Part shown: piece by piece, positions 10,228 through 19,243 of the stretch
How positions within the stretch are numbered: position 1 is the first letter of the stretch
Layout of the letters: each line of letters starts with the position of its first letter
Translations under genes and position numbers: made by a program
Assembly: GCA_031282735.1 (NCBI GenBank)
Contig: JAITDE010000018.1
Location: forward strand, 30,057-94,056
Direction: 5' to 3'
DNA length: 64,000 nt
Source: Oscillospiraceae bacterium
Lineage (GTDB): Bacteria; Bacillota; Clostridia; Oscillospirales; Acutalibacteraceae
Notes under the pieces: model-generated
Database searches by the model: none
The model's input: only the letters and a program-made list of their open reading frames with translations
What the model was told of the DNA's origin: nothing

Positions 10228-12528
10228 TCAGCGATCAATTACGCCGTTGTTCGACACAAAATGCACCGTCACCGTCGTGCCCAGCGGTACTTTGTCGCCC
10301 TCGGCAATGCTTTGACGATATGTTGTAAGATAATTGCTGTCAAAATTGCCTGTTAGCGTGATATTCAGCCCCGCCTCCGCGGCGATGCGGTTCGCTTCGC
10401 TGATTGACATTGATGTCAGTTTTGGTACGACGGTCGTTTGGTTTTCCGCCGATGCGTCGGTATAGAGCACAAGCAGACCGTTTTTCGCAATGCTCTGCCC
10501 GTTTTCGGGCAGTTGGCGCACGACGGACGCGCCGCCGCCGATCACACGCACTTGATAACCGTCGTTCCGCGCGTTTTCGCGAGCCTTTTCAACCGTCAAT
10601 CCCGTCATTTTCGGCGTGATGCCGCCAAGTTCCGCCTGCTCTTTTTCATTGTAGCGCATTTCGATGTTTTTATACACCAAAACTTCTTCCATTATTTCAG
10701 CGGCCGGCGGCGCGGCAATCTGACCGCCGTTGATTAGTCCAACAGGTTCGTCGATGGCAATCAGCATCGCGACTTCGGGAGCGTCGACAGGGGCAAACGC
10801 GCAAAAGGAGGCGACATAGCCTTCACCCGCCGAGAGTTTTTCGGAAGTTCCTGTTTTGCCCGCGACGCGCGCGCCCGCCACATAGCCGTTTTTGCCCGTT
10901 CCGGCGATCACGACCTGTTCCATCATGCCGGCGACCTTTTCGGCCGTTTGCGCGGATATGACCTGCCGCCGCACCGTGGGGACGGTTTGACTGACGACGC
11001 GGTTATCGGCATCGATGATTTTATCAACCACATACGGCTTCATCAATTTTCCGCCGTTGGCGATTGCCGCAACCGCGCTGAGAATTTGGATGGGCGAGGC
11101 TTCGAACGATTGCCCGAACGAACAGGAGGCAAGCTCGACCGTGCCCATTTTGTTTTTTGCGTGGATGGTAAGCCCTTCGGTTGGCTTGGCTTCGCCGGGC
11201 AGGTCGATACCCGTTTTTTCCGTGAAGCCGAATCCTGAAAAATACTTATAAAACCGTTCGACTCCCAGCTTTTGACCGATATTGATCATGAACGGGTTGC
11301 ACGAATTCATCAGTCCTTTTGTCAAATCCTGTGTGCCGTGCCCTGAGCGGTTGTGGCAGGAGATGGTGCGGTTGGCAATATGGATACTCCCCGTGCAGGT
11401 GTAAGTTTCATCCATGGAGATGACGTTTTCTTCGAGCGCCGCCGCGACGGTGACGGTTTTGAAGACTGAGCCGGGTTCATACGTCAATTCAATCGCGCCG
11501 TTGCGCCATTGGGCGAACATCGCGTTGTTATATTCTTTTTTGCGTTCGGTTTCATCCGTGATCGCTTCAATTTCGGCGCGTTTTTTCTCGTCCGCAATCC
11601 TTTCATAATCCCCGGGATCATAACTGGTGACGCTTGCCATGCCGAGGATTTTTCCTGTTTTGACTTCCATCACAATGCCGTAAGCCGCTTTTGCCTGCGC
11701 GTCCGTTTTGGCTTGTTCCAAGGATCGCTCCAAAAACTCCTGTATTTTTTCGTCGATCGTGAGCACAAGGCTGTTGCCGGGTGTCGGCGCTTGCATTTCG
11801 TCATACGCCGCGGAGAACAAATCGCTTTCCACGTTGGGCGATTCCAGCACGCGCCCCGCCGTGCCGATCAGCTGTTTGTTGTAGTAAAGTTCCAAACCTG
11901 TGCGCCCGATATCGCCCATGCCGGTGAAGCCAATCACATTGCCCGCGAACGAACCCTTTGGATATTCGCGGATCACGTCGGGTTGCGTTCCCACGTAGTG
12001 GCTGTAAGTCTGCATCACAGGTTTGTTTTTTGAATCCCGTTTCAACTCAAATTCAGTGGACAAAAACGCGTTGACCTTCTGCATGGTGAGGTAACCCACC
12101 TGCCCTTTGAGCGTCATATCCTGATATGCCGTGTAACTCGCCTGTTTGCGGATTTTTTCCTCTGTAATCCCAAGCAACGGGGCAAGATTTTTGCAAAGCG
12201 CATCAAGGACTTCCTCTTTTTTGGGGCAGTTGTCCAATCGGCTGGGGTTGATGTAGACCCTGTCGGCCGTCGCGCTCTGCGCAATGGGGGTTTGCAGGTT
12301 GTTTGCCGTGTAAATCGCGCCGCGCGGCGCGGGAACTTCCTTGCTGCTTTGCTGGATGGCTTTTGCGTCTTCGGCGTATTCCTTGCCATGGATGAGCATA
12401 ACATTCACAAGACCATAGCCGCCAAAGCCGATAAAGCCAACGATGGTTAGCAGGAACAAGACGATCATCGCGCGCAAATAGAGACGTTCGCTTTGCCCGG
12501 TTTTTCGTTTTTGTTTTTGCTTTGCCAA
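10228..12528 (-). CDS. Class B penicillin-binding protein (SpoVD/FtsI type) with C-terminal PASTA-like repeats
   Basis: Motifs seen: transpeptidase SxxK (GSVFK), SCN, KTGT. dcw position after ftsL. Proposed TTG start at 12528 lies behind GGGGG. The ATG at 12603 would add an implausible Cys/Phe-rich leader that lies inside a repeat element. Confidence 0.88.
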   Translation of the reverse strand: MAKQKQKRKTGQSERLYLRAMIVLFLLTIVGFIGFGGYGLVNVMLIHGKEYAEDAKAIQQSSKEVPAPRGAIYTANNLQTPIAQSATADRVYINPSRLDNCPKKEEVLDALCKNLAPLLGITEEKIRKQASYTAYQDMTLKGQVGYLTMQKVNAFLSTEFELKRDSKNKPVMQTYSHYVGTQPDVIREYPKGSFAGNVIGFTGMGDIGRTGLELYYNKQLIGTAGRVLESPNVESDLFSAAYDEMQAPTPGNSLVLTIDEKIQEFLERSLEQAKTDAQAKAAYGIVMEVKTGKILGMASVTSYDPGDYERIADEKKRAEIEAITDETERKKEYNNAMFAQWRNGAIELTYEPGSVFKTVTVAAALEENVISMDETYTCTGSIHIANRTISCHNRSGHGTQDLTKGLMNSCNPFMINIGQKLGVERFYKYFSGFGFTEKTGIDLPGEAKPTEGLTIHAKNKMGTVELASCSFGQSFEASPIQILSAVAAIANGGKLMKPYVVDKIIDADNRVVSQTVPTVRRQVISAQTAEKVAGMMEQVVIAGTGKNGYVAGARVAGKTGTSEKLSAGEGYVASFCAFAPVDAPEVAMLIAIDEPVGLINGGQIAAPPAAEIMEEVLVYKNIEMRYNEKEQAELGGITPKMTGLTVEKARENARNDGYQVRVIGGGASVVRQLPENGQSIAKNGLLVLYTDASAENQTTVVPKLTSMSISEANRIAAEAGLNITLTGNFDSNYLTTYRQSIAEGDKVPLGTTVTVHFVSNNGVIDR

Positions 12529-12559
12529 GCAAACGCCCCCTTTTGCGATGATACATAGT

Positions 12560-12595
12560 CTTCTTTTTTTGAAGAAAAAGAAGCAAAAAGACTTT
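12560..12595 (+). repeat. Hairpin repeat family, copy D (truncated)
   Basis: CTTCTTTTTTTGAAGAAAAAGAAG-CAAAAAGACTTT. It shares the stem-loop plus CAAAAAGACTTT tail with copies at 31197, 54951 and 58251. Confidence 0.7.
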
Positions 12596-12652
12596 CCACA
12601 CAAATATATGCGCCGTCAAATAGAATAGACGCGTTGAATAGACGCAAGACGG

Positions 12653-13129
12653 TTACTCGGTGATATCAAGCACCTTGTCCGTGCGGTTGGCGGTGATATA
12701 AACCATGCGTCCGCCCTCAATCGGCTTCATGTGCAACACGTTTTCAGCGTAGTCCCGAATGGCGTTGAGGGAATATTTTTGCGCAATTTGCGTTTGCAGG
12801 CTGATCCGCTTGCGTTGGGCGGCTTCCAGCTGTTCCGTCTGTGTTTCGTATACGCTCCGCGCAACCGCCGTTTTGGCGTAGGAATTCAGCGCGGCGCCGA
12901 ACAAAGTGCCGACAATCGCGATCACACAAAACACCTTGATCACGCGTATCCACGCAAGGCGGGCTTCCGCTTTTTTTCTCGCGACGGATACGCTGCGCGA
13001 TGGTACGGGTTTTAATTGCGGCTCGGGTTGCGATTGCGTGGCATCGTGAGGCAAAGCGCGCGCGACCGCCGCGATACCGGCGAGATTTTCAATTCCCAAA
13101 AAATCGTAGTCTTCTTGCGTCAACGGCAT
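12653..13129 (-). CDS. ftsL: FtsL-like septal membrane protein
   Basis: Single TM (VIKVFCVIAIVGTLFGAAL) followed by a coiled segment. Position between rsmH and the PBP. ATG at 13129 lies behind GAAGGAGGG. Confidence 0.7.
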   Translation of the reverse strand: MPLTQEDYDFLGIENLAGIAAVARALPHDATQSQPEPQLKPVPSRSVSVARKKAEARLAWIRVIKVFCVIAIVGTLFGAALNSYAKTAVARSVYETQTEQLEAAQRKRISLQTQIAQKYSLNAIRDYAENVLHMKPIEGGRMVYITANRTDKVLDITE

Positions 13130-13180
13130 TTTCGCGCCCTCCTTCTTGATTCCGGATTTCATTTTGGGTTTTATACCCAA

Positions 13181-14131
13181 TTATTCATTCTCAATTATTC
13201 TTGGTATTTTTTCAATCACGCGCAATTTTGCGCTGCGGCTACGCGGATTGCGCTGGATTTCCGCGTCGGACGGCGTTCGGGGCTTCTGCGCGGTTCTTGC
13301 CCTCGGCTTTTTTCCGCAAACGCAGACGGGAAAATCTTTGGGACAGGTGCACCCGACAAGCAACGGCGCAAACGTGCGTTTGACAATGCCGTCTTCGAGG
13401 CTGTTGAAGCTGATTACGGCCATGCGCCCATTGGGGTTGAGGGAATCGAACAACGACAGCAGCGCGTCGGATAAACCATCGATTTCGCCGTTGCAGTAAT
13501 AGCGCAACGCCATAAACGCGCGTTTGGCGGGATGACCGCCGCGCCGCGCCGCCGCAGGGACGGCGTTTGCGAGAATTTCGGCCAATTGCGTGGTCGTTTG
13601 AATCGCGCCGTGTGCGCGGGCGCGCAAAATCGCGCGCGCCATGGGGGCGGCATATGGCTCCTGCCCGTAATCGCGGAAAATATCGCGCAGGGCTTCCGCG
13701 GAAAGCGAATGAATGACATCCGCCGCCGTTTTTCCCGATTGATCCATGCGCATATCCAAAAAACCATCCGCGTGGTAGCTAAATCCCCGTTCGGGACGAT
13801 CGAGCTGGGGGGAACTGACACCCAAATCAAGCATCACGCCATCCAAGGCGGGAATCCCCATGCCGTGCAACACGTGCGCCGCCTCAAAAAAGTTGGCGTG
13901 CACAACTGTGGTCATGTGATCGTCCGCAAAACGCGCACGGAGCGCCGTGATAGCGTCGGGATCGCGGTCAAAGACAACGATGCGCCCCGTTTTGCCCAAG
14001 AGTTCACGCAAACGCGCCGTATGACCGCCGCCGCCGCCCGTGCCGTCCATATAAATTCCATCCGCACGAGGGTTGAGCGCTTGTACCGTTTCGTCCAAAA
14101 GCACGGATTCATGCGTGAAAGGTTGATCCAT
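13181..14131 (-). CDS. rsmH: 16S rRNA (cytosine1402-N4)-methyltransferase RsmH/MraW
   Basis: 316 aa. HESVLLDE, DGTGGGGGH and GVMLDLGVSSPQLD motifs. Confidence 0.95.
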   Translation of the reverse strand: MDQPFTHESVLLDETVQALNPRADGIYMDGTGGGGGHTARLRELLGKTGRIVVFDRDPDAITALRARFADDHMTTVVHANFFEAAHVLHGMGIPALDGVMLDLGVSSPQLDRPERGFSYHADGFLDMRMDQSGKTAADVIHSLSAEALRDIFRDYGQEPYAAPMARAILRARAHGAIQTTTQLAEILANAVPAAARRGGHPAKRAFMALRYYCNGEIDGLSDALLSLFDSLNPNGRMAVISFNSLEDGIVKRTFAPLLVGCTCPKDFPVCVCGKKPRARTAQKPRTPSDAEIQRNPRSRSAKLRVIEKIPRIIENE

Positions 14132-14629
14132 TTAGATTTCACCCTCTTCGTCTTCTTCCAAATCGGAGGGTTCGGGCGCGAAGTTGATTGGACACATGCT
14201 TTGCCCTGAAAAAATCCCCGCCATGAAGGCTTGTTCACGTTCTTTCCAAACATCCAAAGCCCAAATTTCCAAATGCGTGTCTTGCCCAACATAAAACGCC
14301 TTTTTTTCGCACTCCAGTTTGCTACGCTCCATAAAGGCGGGCGGAATCACAAAACGCGCGTTTTTGTCCAGCGCGACTGATTCGCTGTAGGCGTTGAACA
14401 GTCGGTTGACTTCGCTGCGTTTTTCTTGCGGCGCTCTTGCGTATTCGCGCTTTTTGATCTTGCGGAACACCGTTTCGTCCGCTAAAATCAAATAGGGGAA
14501 TTTCTCGCCGAACGGAAACCACAGCACGAGATTGGCATCTTCCTCAAAACAGGAACGGAAACGAGTCGGCATCGACACGCGTGATTTTGCGTCGATTGTA
14601 CCTTCCGCGTTTTTTTGAATCAACCGCAA
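14132..14629 (-). CDS. mraZ: Transcriptional regulator MraZ
   Basis: TIDAKSRVSMPTRFR and a second SpoVT/AbrB-like half. First gene of the dcw cluster. TTG start behind GGAGG. Acidic C-terminal tail EPSDLEEDEEGEI. Confidence 0.88.
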   Translation of the reverse strand: MRLIQKNAEGTIDAKSRVSMPTRFRSCFEEDANLVLWFPFGEKFPYLILADETVFRKIKKREYARAPQEKRSEVNRLFNAYSESVALDKNARFVIPPAFMERSKLECEKKAFYVGQDTHLEIWALDVWKEREQAFMAGIFSGQSMCPINFAPEPSDLEEDEEGEI

Positions 14630-14650
14630 GTCTTGCCGCCTCCTTTCGCG

Positions 14651-14700
14651 TTATTCACACTTTCCACAGGGTTTTCCACAATTGCACACTGAAAAGCGTT
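14651..14700 (-). promoter_or_regulatory. Candidate MraZ operator: four GTGG/GTGT repeats in the mraZ leader
   Basis: Minus strand reads cAGTGTGcaattGTGGaaaacccTGTGGaaAGTGTGaat, between the -10 box and the mraZ RBS. MraZ proteins are known to bind direct GTG-containing repeats in their own promoter region. Confidence 0.35.
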
Positions 14701-14748
14701 TTTTGAAGATATTTTTTCGTAATTTGGGCGAGATCCACTCGCTTTTTT

Positions 14749-14776
14749 TATTATATCACATTTTTTAGGCTTGTCA
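14749..14776 (-). promoter_or_regulatory. Sigma-70/SigA-type promoter of the dcw operon
   Basis: Minus strand has TTGACA, a 16-nt spacer and TGaTATAAT (extended -10), ~120 nt upstream of mraZ. Confidence 0.6.
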
Positions 14777-14958
14777 AGAGCGTTTCGTTGCATAAGAACC
14801 GAATATTCGCCCCGCTTTTGTAGTGCAAACCGATATCATCCAATTTTCACCGCTAGATATAGTTTTTTCTCCCAAAAAATGGGTTGTGAAATTATTACAC
14901 GGATTTGGCGAACGTTCTGCCGCGCAACGAATATAGTATAGTAATGATATGAGATGAA

Positions 14959-15795
14959 ATGAGATGGGAAGGATTGATGACCGTGTCCAACACGCAAGGA
15001 CAATTTGATCCATACGCCGTCGGGTTTGCTGAGCCGACATATTGCTGCAAATATTTTCGCGGCGTGACCGGTGCGCAAGGGGCGACAGGCGCAACAGGCG
15101 CACGGGGCGAAACGGGTCCGCAGGGCGAACAGGGACCGCAAGGACCTGCCGGAACGCCCGCGAGCGTTGAAATCTTGCGAACGATCACAGGCAAACCGGG
15201 CAGCAACGCGGCTGTGCTCAACGCCGGGAACGACACCAACGCGGAGCTTACATTTGTTATCCCCGCCGGTGCGGCGGGAGTGCGCGGCGCGACAGGTCCG
15301 CAAGGTTTGCCTGGAATTCCGGGAGCGCGCGGCGCTACAGGCATCGGCGCGGCGCAAGTTTTCGGCGGTCTCTACAACGTCTCGGCGGATAGCTTCAAAA
15401 TCAGCGCGGACGAAATCGTTACAATCAAATTTTCGGACGTATTGCCCAATTTTGGCATTTTGTACGACGAACGCCACTCGATTGTTACAAAAGAAAACGG
15501 CGTTTATGAGATTCATTTTACCCTGCGGGCGGAAGGGCGGGCGAACGGTGCGCTCCATGTTGGGATTGCCAACGACGGTATGCTGATTCCTTGCACTGAC
15601 ATCGTGAAGCAAGTCAATTGCGGCGATCATTTTGAATTGCACGGCAAGGCATTCGCCGAGATTGGCGGCGGCGCACATCTGCACATGATCCTCTTCACCA
15701 ATCAAAATGTCGAATTGTCGCTGCACGCGGGCGTGAACATCATGCTCACGGCAAAAAAGATCGCGAACCGGAGCCTAGACGCGAGGCGCGATTGA
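14959..15795 (+). CDS. Collagen-like (GXY) protein with C-terminal BclA/C1q-like globular domain
   Basis: Two G-X-Y runs (11 and 9 triplets) followed by a ~150-aa beta-rich C-terminal domain. This architecture resembles the exosporium BclA family. The start may be the downstream ATG at 14977. Confidence 0.8.
   Translation: MRWEGLMTVSNTQGQFDPYAVGFAEPTYCCKYFRGVTGAQGATGATGARGETGPQGEQGPQGPAGTPASVEILRTITGKPGSNAAVLNAGNDTNAELTFVIPAGAAGVRGATGPQGLPGIPGARGATGIGAAQVFGGLYNVSADSFKISADEIVTIKFSDVLPNFGILYDERHSIVTKENGVYEIHFTLRAEGRANGALHVGIANDGMLIPCTDIVKQVNCGDHFELHGKAFAEIGGGAHLHMILFTNQNVELSLHAGVNIMLTAKKIANRSLDARRD
15061..15159 (+). repeat. Collagen triplet run 1 (11 x GXY)
   Basis: GVTGAQGATGATGARGETGPQGEQGPQGPAGTP. 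Confidence 0.9.
15268..15348 (+). repeat. Collagen triplet run 2 (9 x GXY)
   Basis: GAAGVRGATGPQGLPGIPGARGATGIG. A 36-aa non-collagen insert separates it from run 1. Confidence 0.9.
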
Positions 15796-15856
15796 GCGGG
15801 TATTCGGGTATTACAAAAACGCGAGGGTTAAGCGTTCAACGACCAAATAAAATAAC

Positions 15857-15887
15857 GCAAGCCGGTGAAAAATTTTCACTGGCTTGC
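15857..15887. terminator. Bidirectional intrinsic terminator between the collagen-like gene and tmRNA
   Basis: GCAAGCCGGTGAAAA/ATTTTCACTGGCTTGC long stem, flanked by an A-run upstream and GTTTG downstream. Confidence 0.6.
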
Positions 15888-15892
15888 GTTTG

Positions 15893-16247
15893 TGGTGGAG
15901 ATGGCGGTAATTGAAACCGCGTCCGAAAATCGATTCACCAAGGTTTCTACGAGCGTATCCCGATGTTTGGAATTCCCTTCACGCACCGCCAACGGGCAGG
16001 CTGTGCGCTACGGTAGCCCTGTTTATTCATGACGCGCCGCAAGACGACGAACGCATGCACGTGCACTGCTGAATGACGCACCATCCCAAGCCGCAGTACT
16101 CTCGGGGGGTACGCAAGCCGCTAATTAAGCAGCTTGGAGTTGATAATTATCTGTGTCGTTTATTTCTAAACTGCGGCTTTTATAGCGGGTCCGCGCCGCT
16201 GCTCGCTTCCTTGATTGCACAATCCCCGTCGAAATCCTTTCATCCCC
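15893..16247 (-). ncRNA. ssrA: tmRNA (SsrA)
   Basis: Minus strand begins GGGGATGAAAGGATTTCGACGGGG and ends GGACGCGGTTTCAATTACCGCCATCTCCACCA (tRNA-Ala-like acceptor/T-arm). The internal tag frame ends ...DTDNYQLQAA-TAA. Lies adjacent to smpB. Confidence 0.92.
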
Positions 16248-16281
16248 ATATCGTTTTGGAGCGGAACGCCGGAAAATCGGG

Positions 16282-16743
16282 TTATCGGCCGCGCATGTGG
16301 CGGTCGATGTCGCGCATGGCATCGCGTTTTGCGGCGACTTCGCGCTTGTCATAGAGTTTTTTGCCTTTGCAAAGCCCGATTTGCAATTTGGCTTTGCCAC
16401 GTGAAAAATAGAGACTCAGCGGGATAATGGTCAGCCCTTGCTGTTTGAATTCCTGAAACAAGTGCAGAATTTCGCGTTTGTGCATGAGCAATTTGCGCAC
16501 ACGCACGGGATCGCGGTTGAAAATATTGCCTTGTTCGTAGGGACTGATGTGCATGCCGTGCACAAAAAGTTCGCCGTCCTTGATGGAACACCAGCCATCC
16601 TTAAGATTGCATTTGCCTTGCCGCAGGGATTTGACCTCCGTGCCGCTCAGCGCAATGCCGGCTTCAAAGCTCTCAATGATAAAATATTCGTGGTAGGCTT
16701 TTTTGTTCTGCGCCACGCGTTCTATCTGTTTGTCGTTTTTCAT
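16282..16743 (-). CDS. smpB: SsrA-binding protein SmpB
   Basis: 153 aa. NKKAYHEYFI, GTEVKSLR and RKLLMHKREI motifs. Confidence 0.96.
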   Translation of the reverse strand: MKNDKQIERVAQNKKAYHEYFIIESFEAGIALSGTEVKSLRQGKCNLKDGWCSIKDGELFVHGMHISPYEQGNIFNRDPVRVRKLLMHKREILHLFQEFKQQGLTIIPLSLYFSRGKAKLQIGLCKGKKLYDKREVAAKRDAMRDIDRHMRGR

Positions 16744-16816
16744 CTCCTTACTCCTTATTGGTCAGACGGCGGCTACGCTTATCAGGTGGATTATAATGAA
16801 CACAAAAGAATACGAC

Positions 16817-16893
16817 TGGCACGCCTGGCGCGATTCGAACGCGCGACCTTCCGCTTAGGAGGCGGACGCTCTATCCTGCTGAGCTACAGGCGC
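16817..16893 (-). tRNA. tRNA-Arg (anticodon CCT)
   Basis: Hand-folded cloverleaf: GCGCCTG/TA/GCTC-AGCAGGATA-GAGC/G/TCCGC-CTCCTAA-GCGGA/AGGTC/GCGCG-TTCGAAT-CGCGC/CAGGCGT/G/CCA. 77 nt with encoded CCA. Confidence 0.9.
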
Positions 16894-16903
16894 GCAAGGG
16901 GGA

Positions 16904-17443
16904 TCAATAATTTTCGCTGTGCAGCACAAAATATGCCTGCGGATGTGTGCATACGGGGCAGATCTTCGGCGCGTTTTGCCCAATGTGGATGTGTCCGCAA
17001 TTGCTGCACTCCCAAATTTGATCGCCATCGCGTGAAAAAACAATGCCGCCCTGCACATTGGCAAGCAGTTTGCGGTAACGCTCTTCGTGCGTCTTTTCGA
17101 TTTTGCCGACTTCGTCAAACAAAAACGCGATGTGGTCAAAGCCTTCTTCGCGGGCGATCCGCGCGAATTGGGCATACATGTCCGTCCATTCGTAGCGTTC
17201 GCCGTCGGCGGCATCGTTCAGATTTTGCGCGGTGTTCGGCAACGCGCCGCCCACGAGGATTTTGTACCAAATCTCAGCGTGTTCTTTTTCGTTCGCGGCG
17301 GTTTGCTCAAATATTTGAGCAATTTGCACATAGCCGTCCTTGCGTGCCTTGCTTGCAAAAAAGGTGTATTTGTTCCTTGCCTGTGATTCGCCCGCAAATG
17401 CTGTCCATAGGTTTTGTTCAGTGCGGCTTCCGGTTAATTCCAT
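16904..17443 (-). CDS. rbr: Rubrerythrin
   Basis: N-terminal ferritin-like diiron domain ([26 protein letters not shown]) plus a C-terminal rubredoxin-type CxxC...CxxC (CSNCGH...CPVC). Confidence 0.93.
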   Translation of the reverse strand: MELTGSRTEQNLWTAFAGESQARNKYTFFASKARKDGYVQIAQIFEQTAANEKEHAEIWYKILVGGALPNTAQNLNDAADGERYEWTDMYAQFARIAREEGFDHIAFLFDEVGKIEKTHEERYRKLLANVQGGIVFSRDGDQIWECSNCGHIHIGQNAPKICPVCTHPQAYFVLHSENY

Positions 17444-17506
17444 CTTTTTCCTCCTTTTTTAATTGACACCACATGAATTGCGCTATTATCAACTGTTCTC
17501 TCTGGA

Positions 17507-17535
17507 AGTATATCAAATTTTGAGACAATTGTCAA
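17507..17535 (-). promoter_or_regulatory. Promoter of rubrerythrin gene
   Basis: Minus strand has TTGACA, a 17-nt spacer and TATACT. The -35 box is embedded in the 10-bp palindrome GACAATTGTC. Confidence 0.5.
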
Positions 17536-17587
17536 ATGTCTTTTTTGCTTCATTTTGATTTTCATGACAGCGTGAAGGGGAAAAACT

Positions 17588-18952
17588 TCATATTTCTTTT
17601 TGGGAACAACGTCCAAGCATCGCCATTGTCGTCGGGAGTGAACTCGCGTTGCACTGTTTGTGCAAAAAGGCGATAAACAACGGCAGTCCATAGTGAAGGG
17701 TGTCGGCATCGGCGGCCTGAATGGCTCGCAAGCCGCTGTGATACAAGTAAGCGTCGAACGCTTCACGCGAACCAAGCCCGCAGGCGAGGGCGGTGCTCAT
17801 AAAACGCCGCAGATTTACACGCGCGTTCACGCCGAGACTCAAGCACAGATGTTCGGCGGCATAACGTTCCATCGCGTCGAACGCCGCCGCAATTTTTTCA
17901 GGAATGTCGTAGATATCATCGGCGCGTGCGAATAGATCGCGCAAATGCGCCGCCGAAACGTGCATGGGTTCGGTCCAGGGGACCAAAAAAGGGCGCGTCT
18001 CGCTTTGAGGCAACGAAAAACACACCGCCGCCGTTTGTACGCGCGCGGACATGGGCGGCGTGGCAACGGACACCGTGCCGAACACCCAAAGATTGTTCGG
18101 CAACGGCAGTGTGCCGTTTTCGAGCAACAGGGGATCGTTCGGCCACGAGCCATCCGCCAAACGCAAGCCGCCGCAGGCGATATCGGTCGGATGTTTTTCG
18201 TATTGCGTGAGCATCGGCGAAAAATAATCCTCAGGGTTTGCGGCAAAAAAGTTCTCCAGCGTGGCAAAACAGGCGTGCGCGTTGCGCCGCGCTTGATAAA
18301 CACAAAGCAAAAAGTCACGCTCTTCATAGCGCTTATGCAACGCGTGTGCCTGACCGATCAGCAGCGCGGGCGTCGTCCAATTGGATGAAACGGCGAATAA
18401 ATCCATTGGATTACCCAACGCTTTTGCCATAGCGTCCAAAAATGGAAGCGCTTTCAGCGTGTTTGAATCGTGCGCGATCACGAAATTTCCGCATGCCAGC
18501 GTCGCCAAATAGCCGCCGAAAAGCGAACGCGGCGCGTAAATGCCATACCGAGCCGCCGCAAACCGCTGCAGATGCACCATGAGCGCGGGCAGCGACGTTT
18601 TTTCGTTCGCAATAACAGGCGGGAGCGCGTCCAACGTGCGTAGTTGTGGAAAACGGCTCATCGGCGTGGGCAACCGCTCGTCTTCGGGCGCGGCGAAGCC
18701 GGAAGGGCTGTCGTGCGGCGCGGGATTTTCCGGCGACACGCCGTTTGGCAAAAGTGAACGCATACGCGCGTTTGCCAAGCGAAATTCCAGCATTTGGGCT
18801 TGCGTACGCGCGATTTCATCCAAAAACAGCTGATGGTCGGCGTTGAGCAGTTTCCATTTGCGCCGCACGATCAGCCCGACACAAAGCATCACCGACAATG
18901 CCGCCGCCGCTGCGACCAGCGCGGGCAACCAAGCATACAAAAGTGTGTCCAA
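17588..18952 (-). CDS. Membrane-anchored hypothetical protein (454 aa)
   Basis: N-terminal TM (LPALVAAAAALSVMLCVGLIV), a short coiled segment, a Pro-rich linker and a ~330-aa domain with no motif I recognise. Confidence 0.7.
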   Translation of the reverse strand: MDTLLYAWLPALVAAAAALSVMLCVGLIVRRKWKLLNADHQLFLDEIARTQAQMLEFRLANARMRSLLPNGVSPENPAPHDSPSGFAAPEDERLPTPMSRFPQLRTLDALPPVIANEKTSLPALMVHLQRFAAARYGIYAPRSLFGGYLATLACGNFVIAHDSNTLKALPFLDAMAKALGNPMDLFAVSSNWTTPALLIGQAHALHKRYEERDFLLCVYQARRNAHACFATLENFFAANPEDYFSPMLTQYEKHPTDIACGGLRLADGSWPNDPLLLENGTLPLPNNLWVFGTVSVATPPMSARVQTAAVCFSLPQSETRPFLVPWTEPMHVSAAHLRDLFARADDIYDIPEKIAAAFDAMERYAAEHLCLSLGVNARVNLRRFMSTALACGLGSREAFDAYLYHSGLRAIQAADADTLHYGLPLFIAFLHKQCNASSLPTTMAMLGRCSQKEI

Positions 18953-19192
18953 ATTTCACATCCTTTCTTCTTCTCCGCGAAGAAAACGCGCACTGCACAC
19001 CCAACCGCGCAAATGCGTTTGCTAAATCTGTAAATTACAGTATAACACCTTTACCGCGATAATGCAAGAGGGATTTTATATTTTCTCAAAAAAAAGATGC
19101 GGCAAAGAAAAGCATTGCTCGATTTCCCTAAGATTATGCGTAAAAGCCCGCGCGTATGCATTTAAAGATGTGAAAAAAGAAAAAAAGATGTC

Positions 19193-19220
19193 TTGCATTT
19201 TTCTTTCTTCATGGTATAAT
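19193..19220 (+). promoter_or_regulatory. Promoter upstream of 19244 ORF
   Basis: TTGCAT, a 16-nt spacer and TGgTATAAT (extended -10). Confidence 0.5.
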
Positions 19221-19243
19221 AAATGCGATAATCTATTTTCAGG

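Noticed and set aside
14836-15726. 296-aa and 149-aa ORFs antisense to the collagen-like gene
   Set aside because: They mirror the GC-rich GXY repeat region. Their products are Arg/Ala/Pro-rich low-complexity with no RBS. The plus-strand frame gives a coherent collagen plus globular-domain protein.
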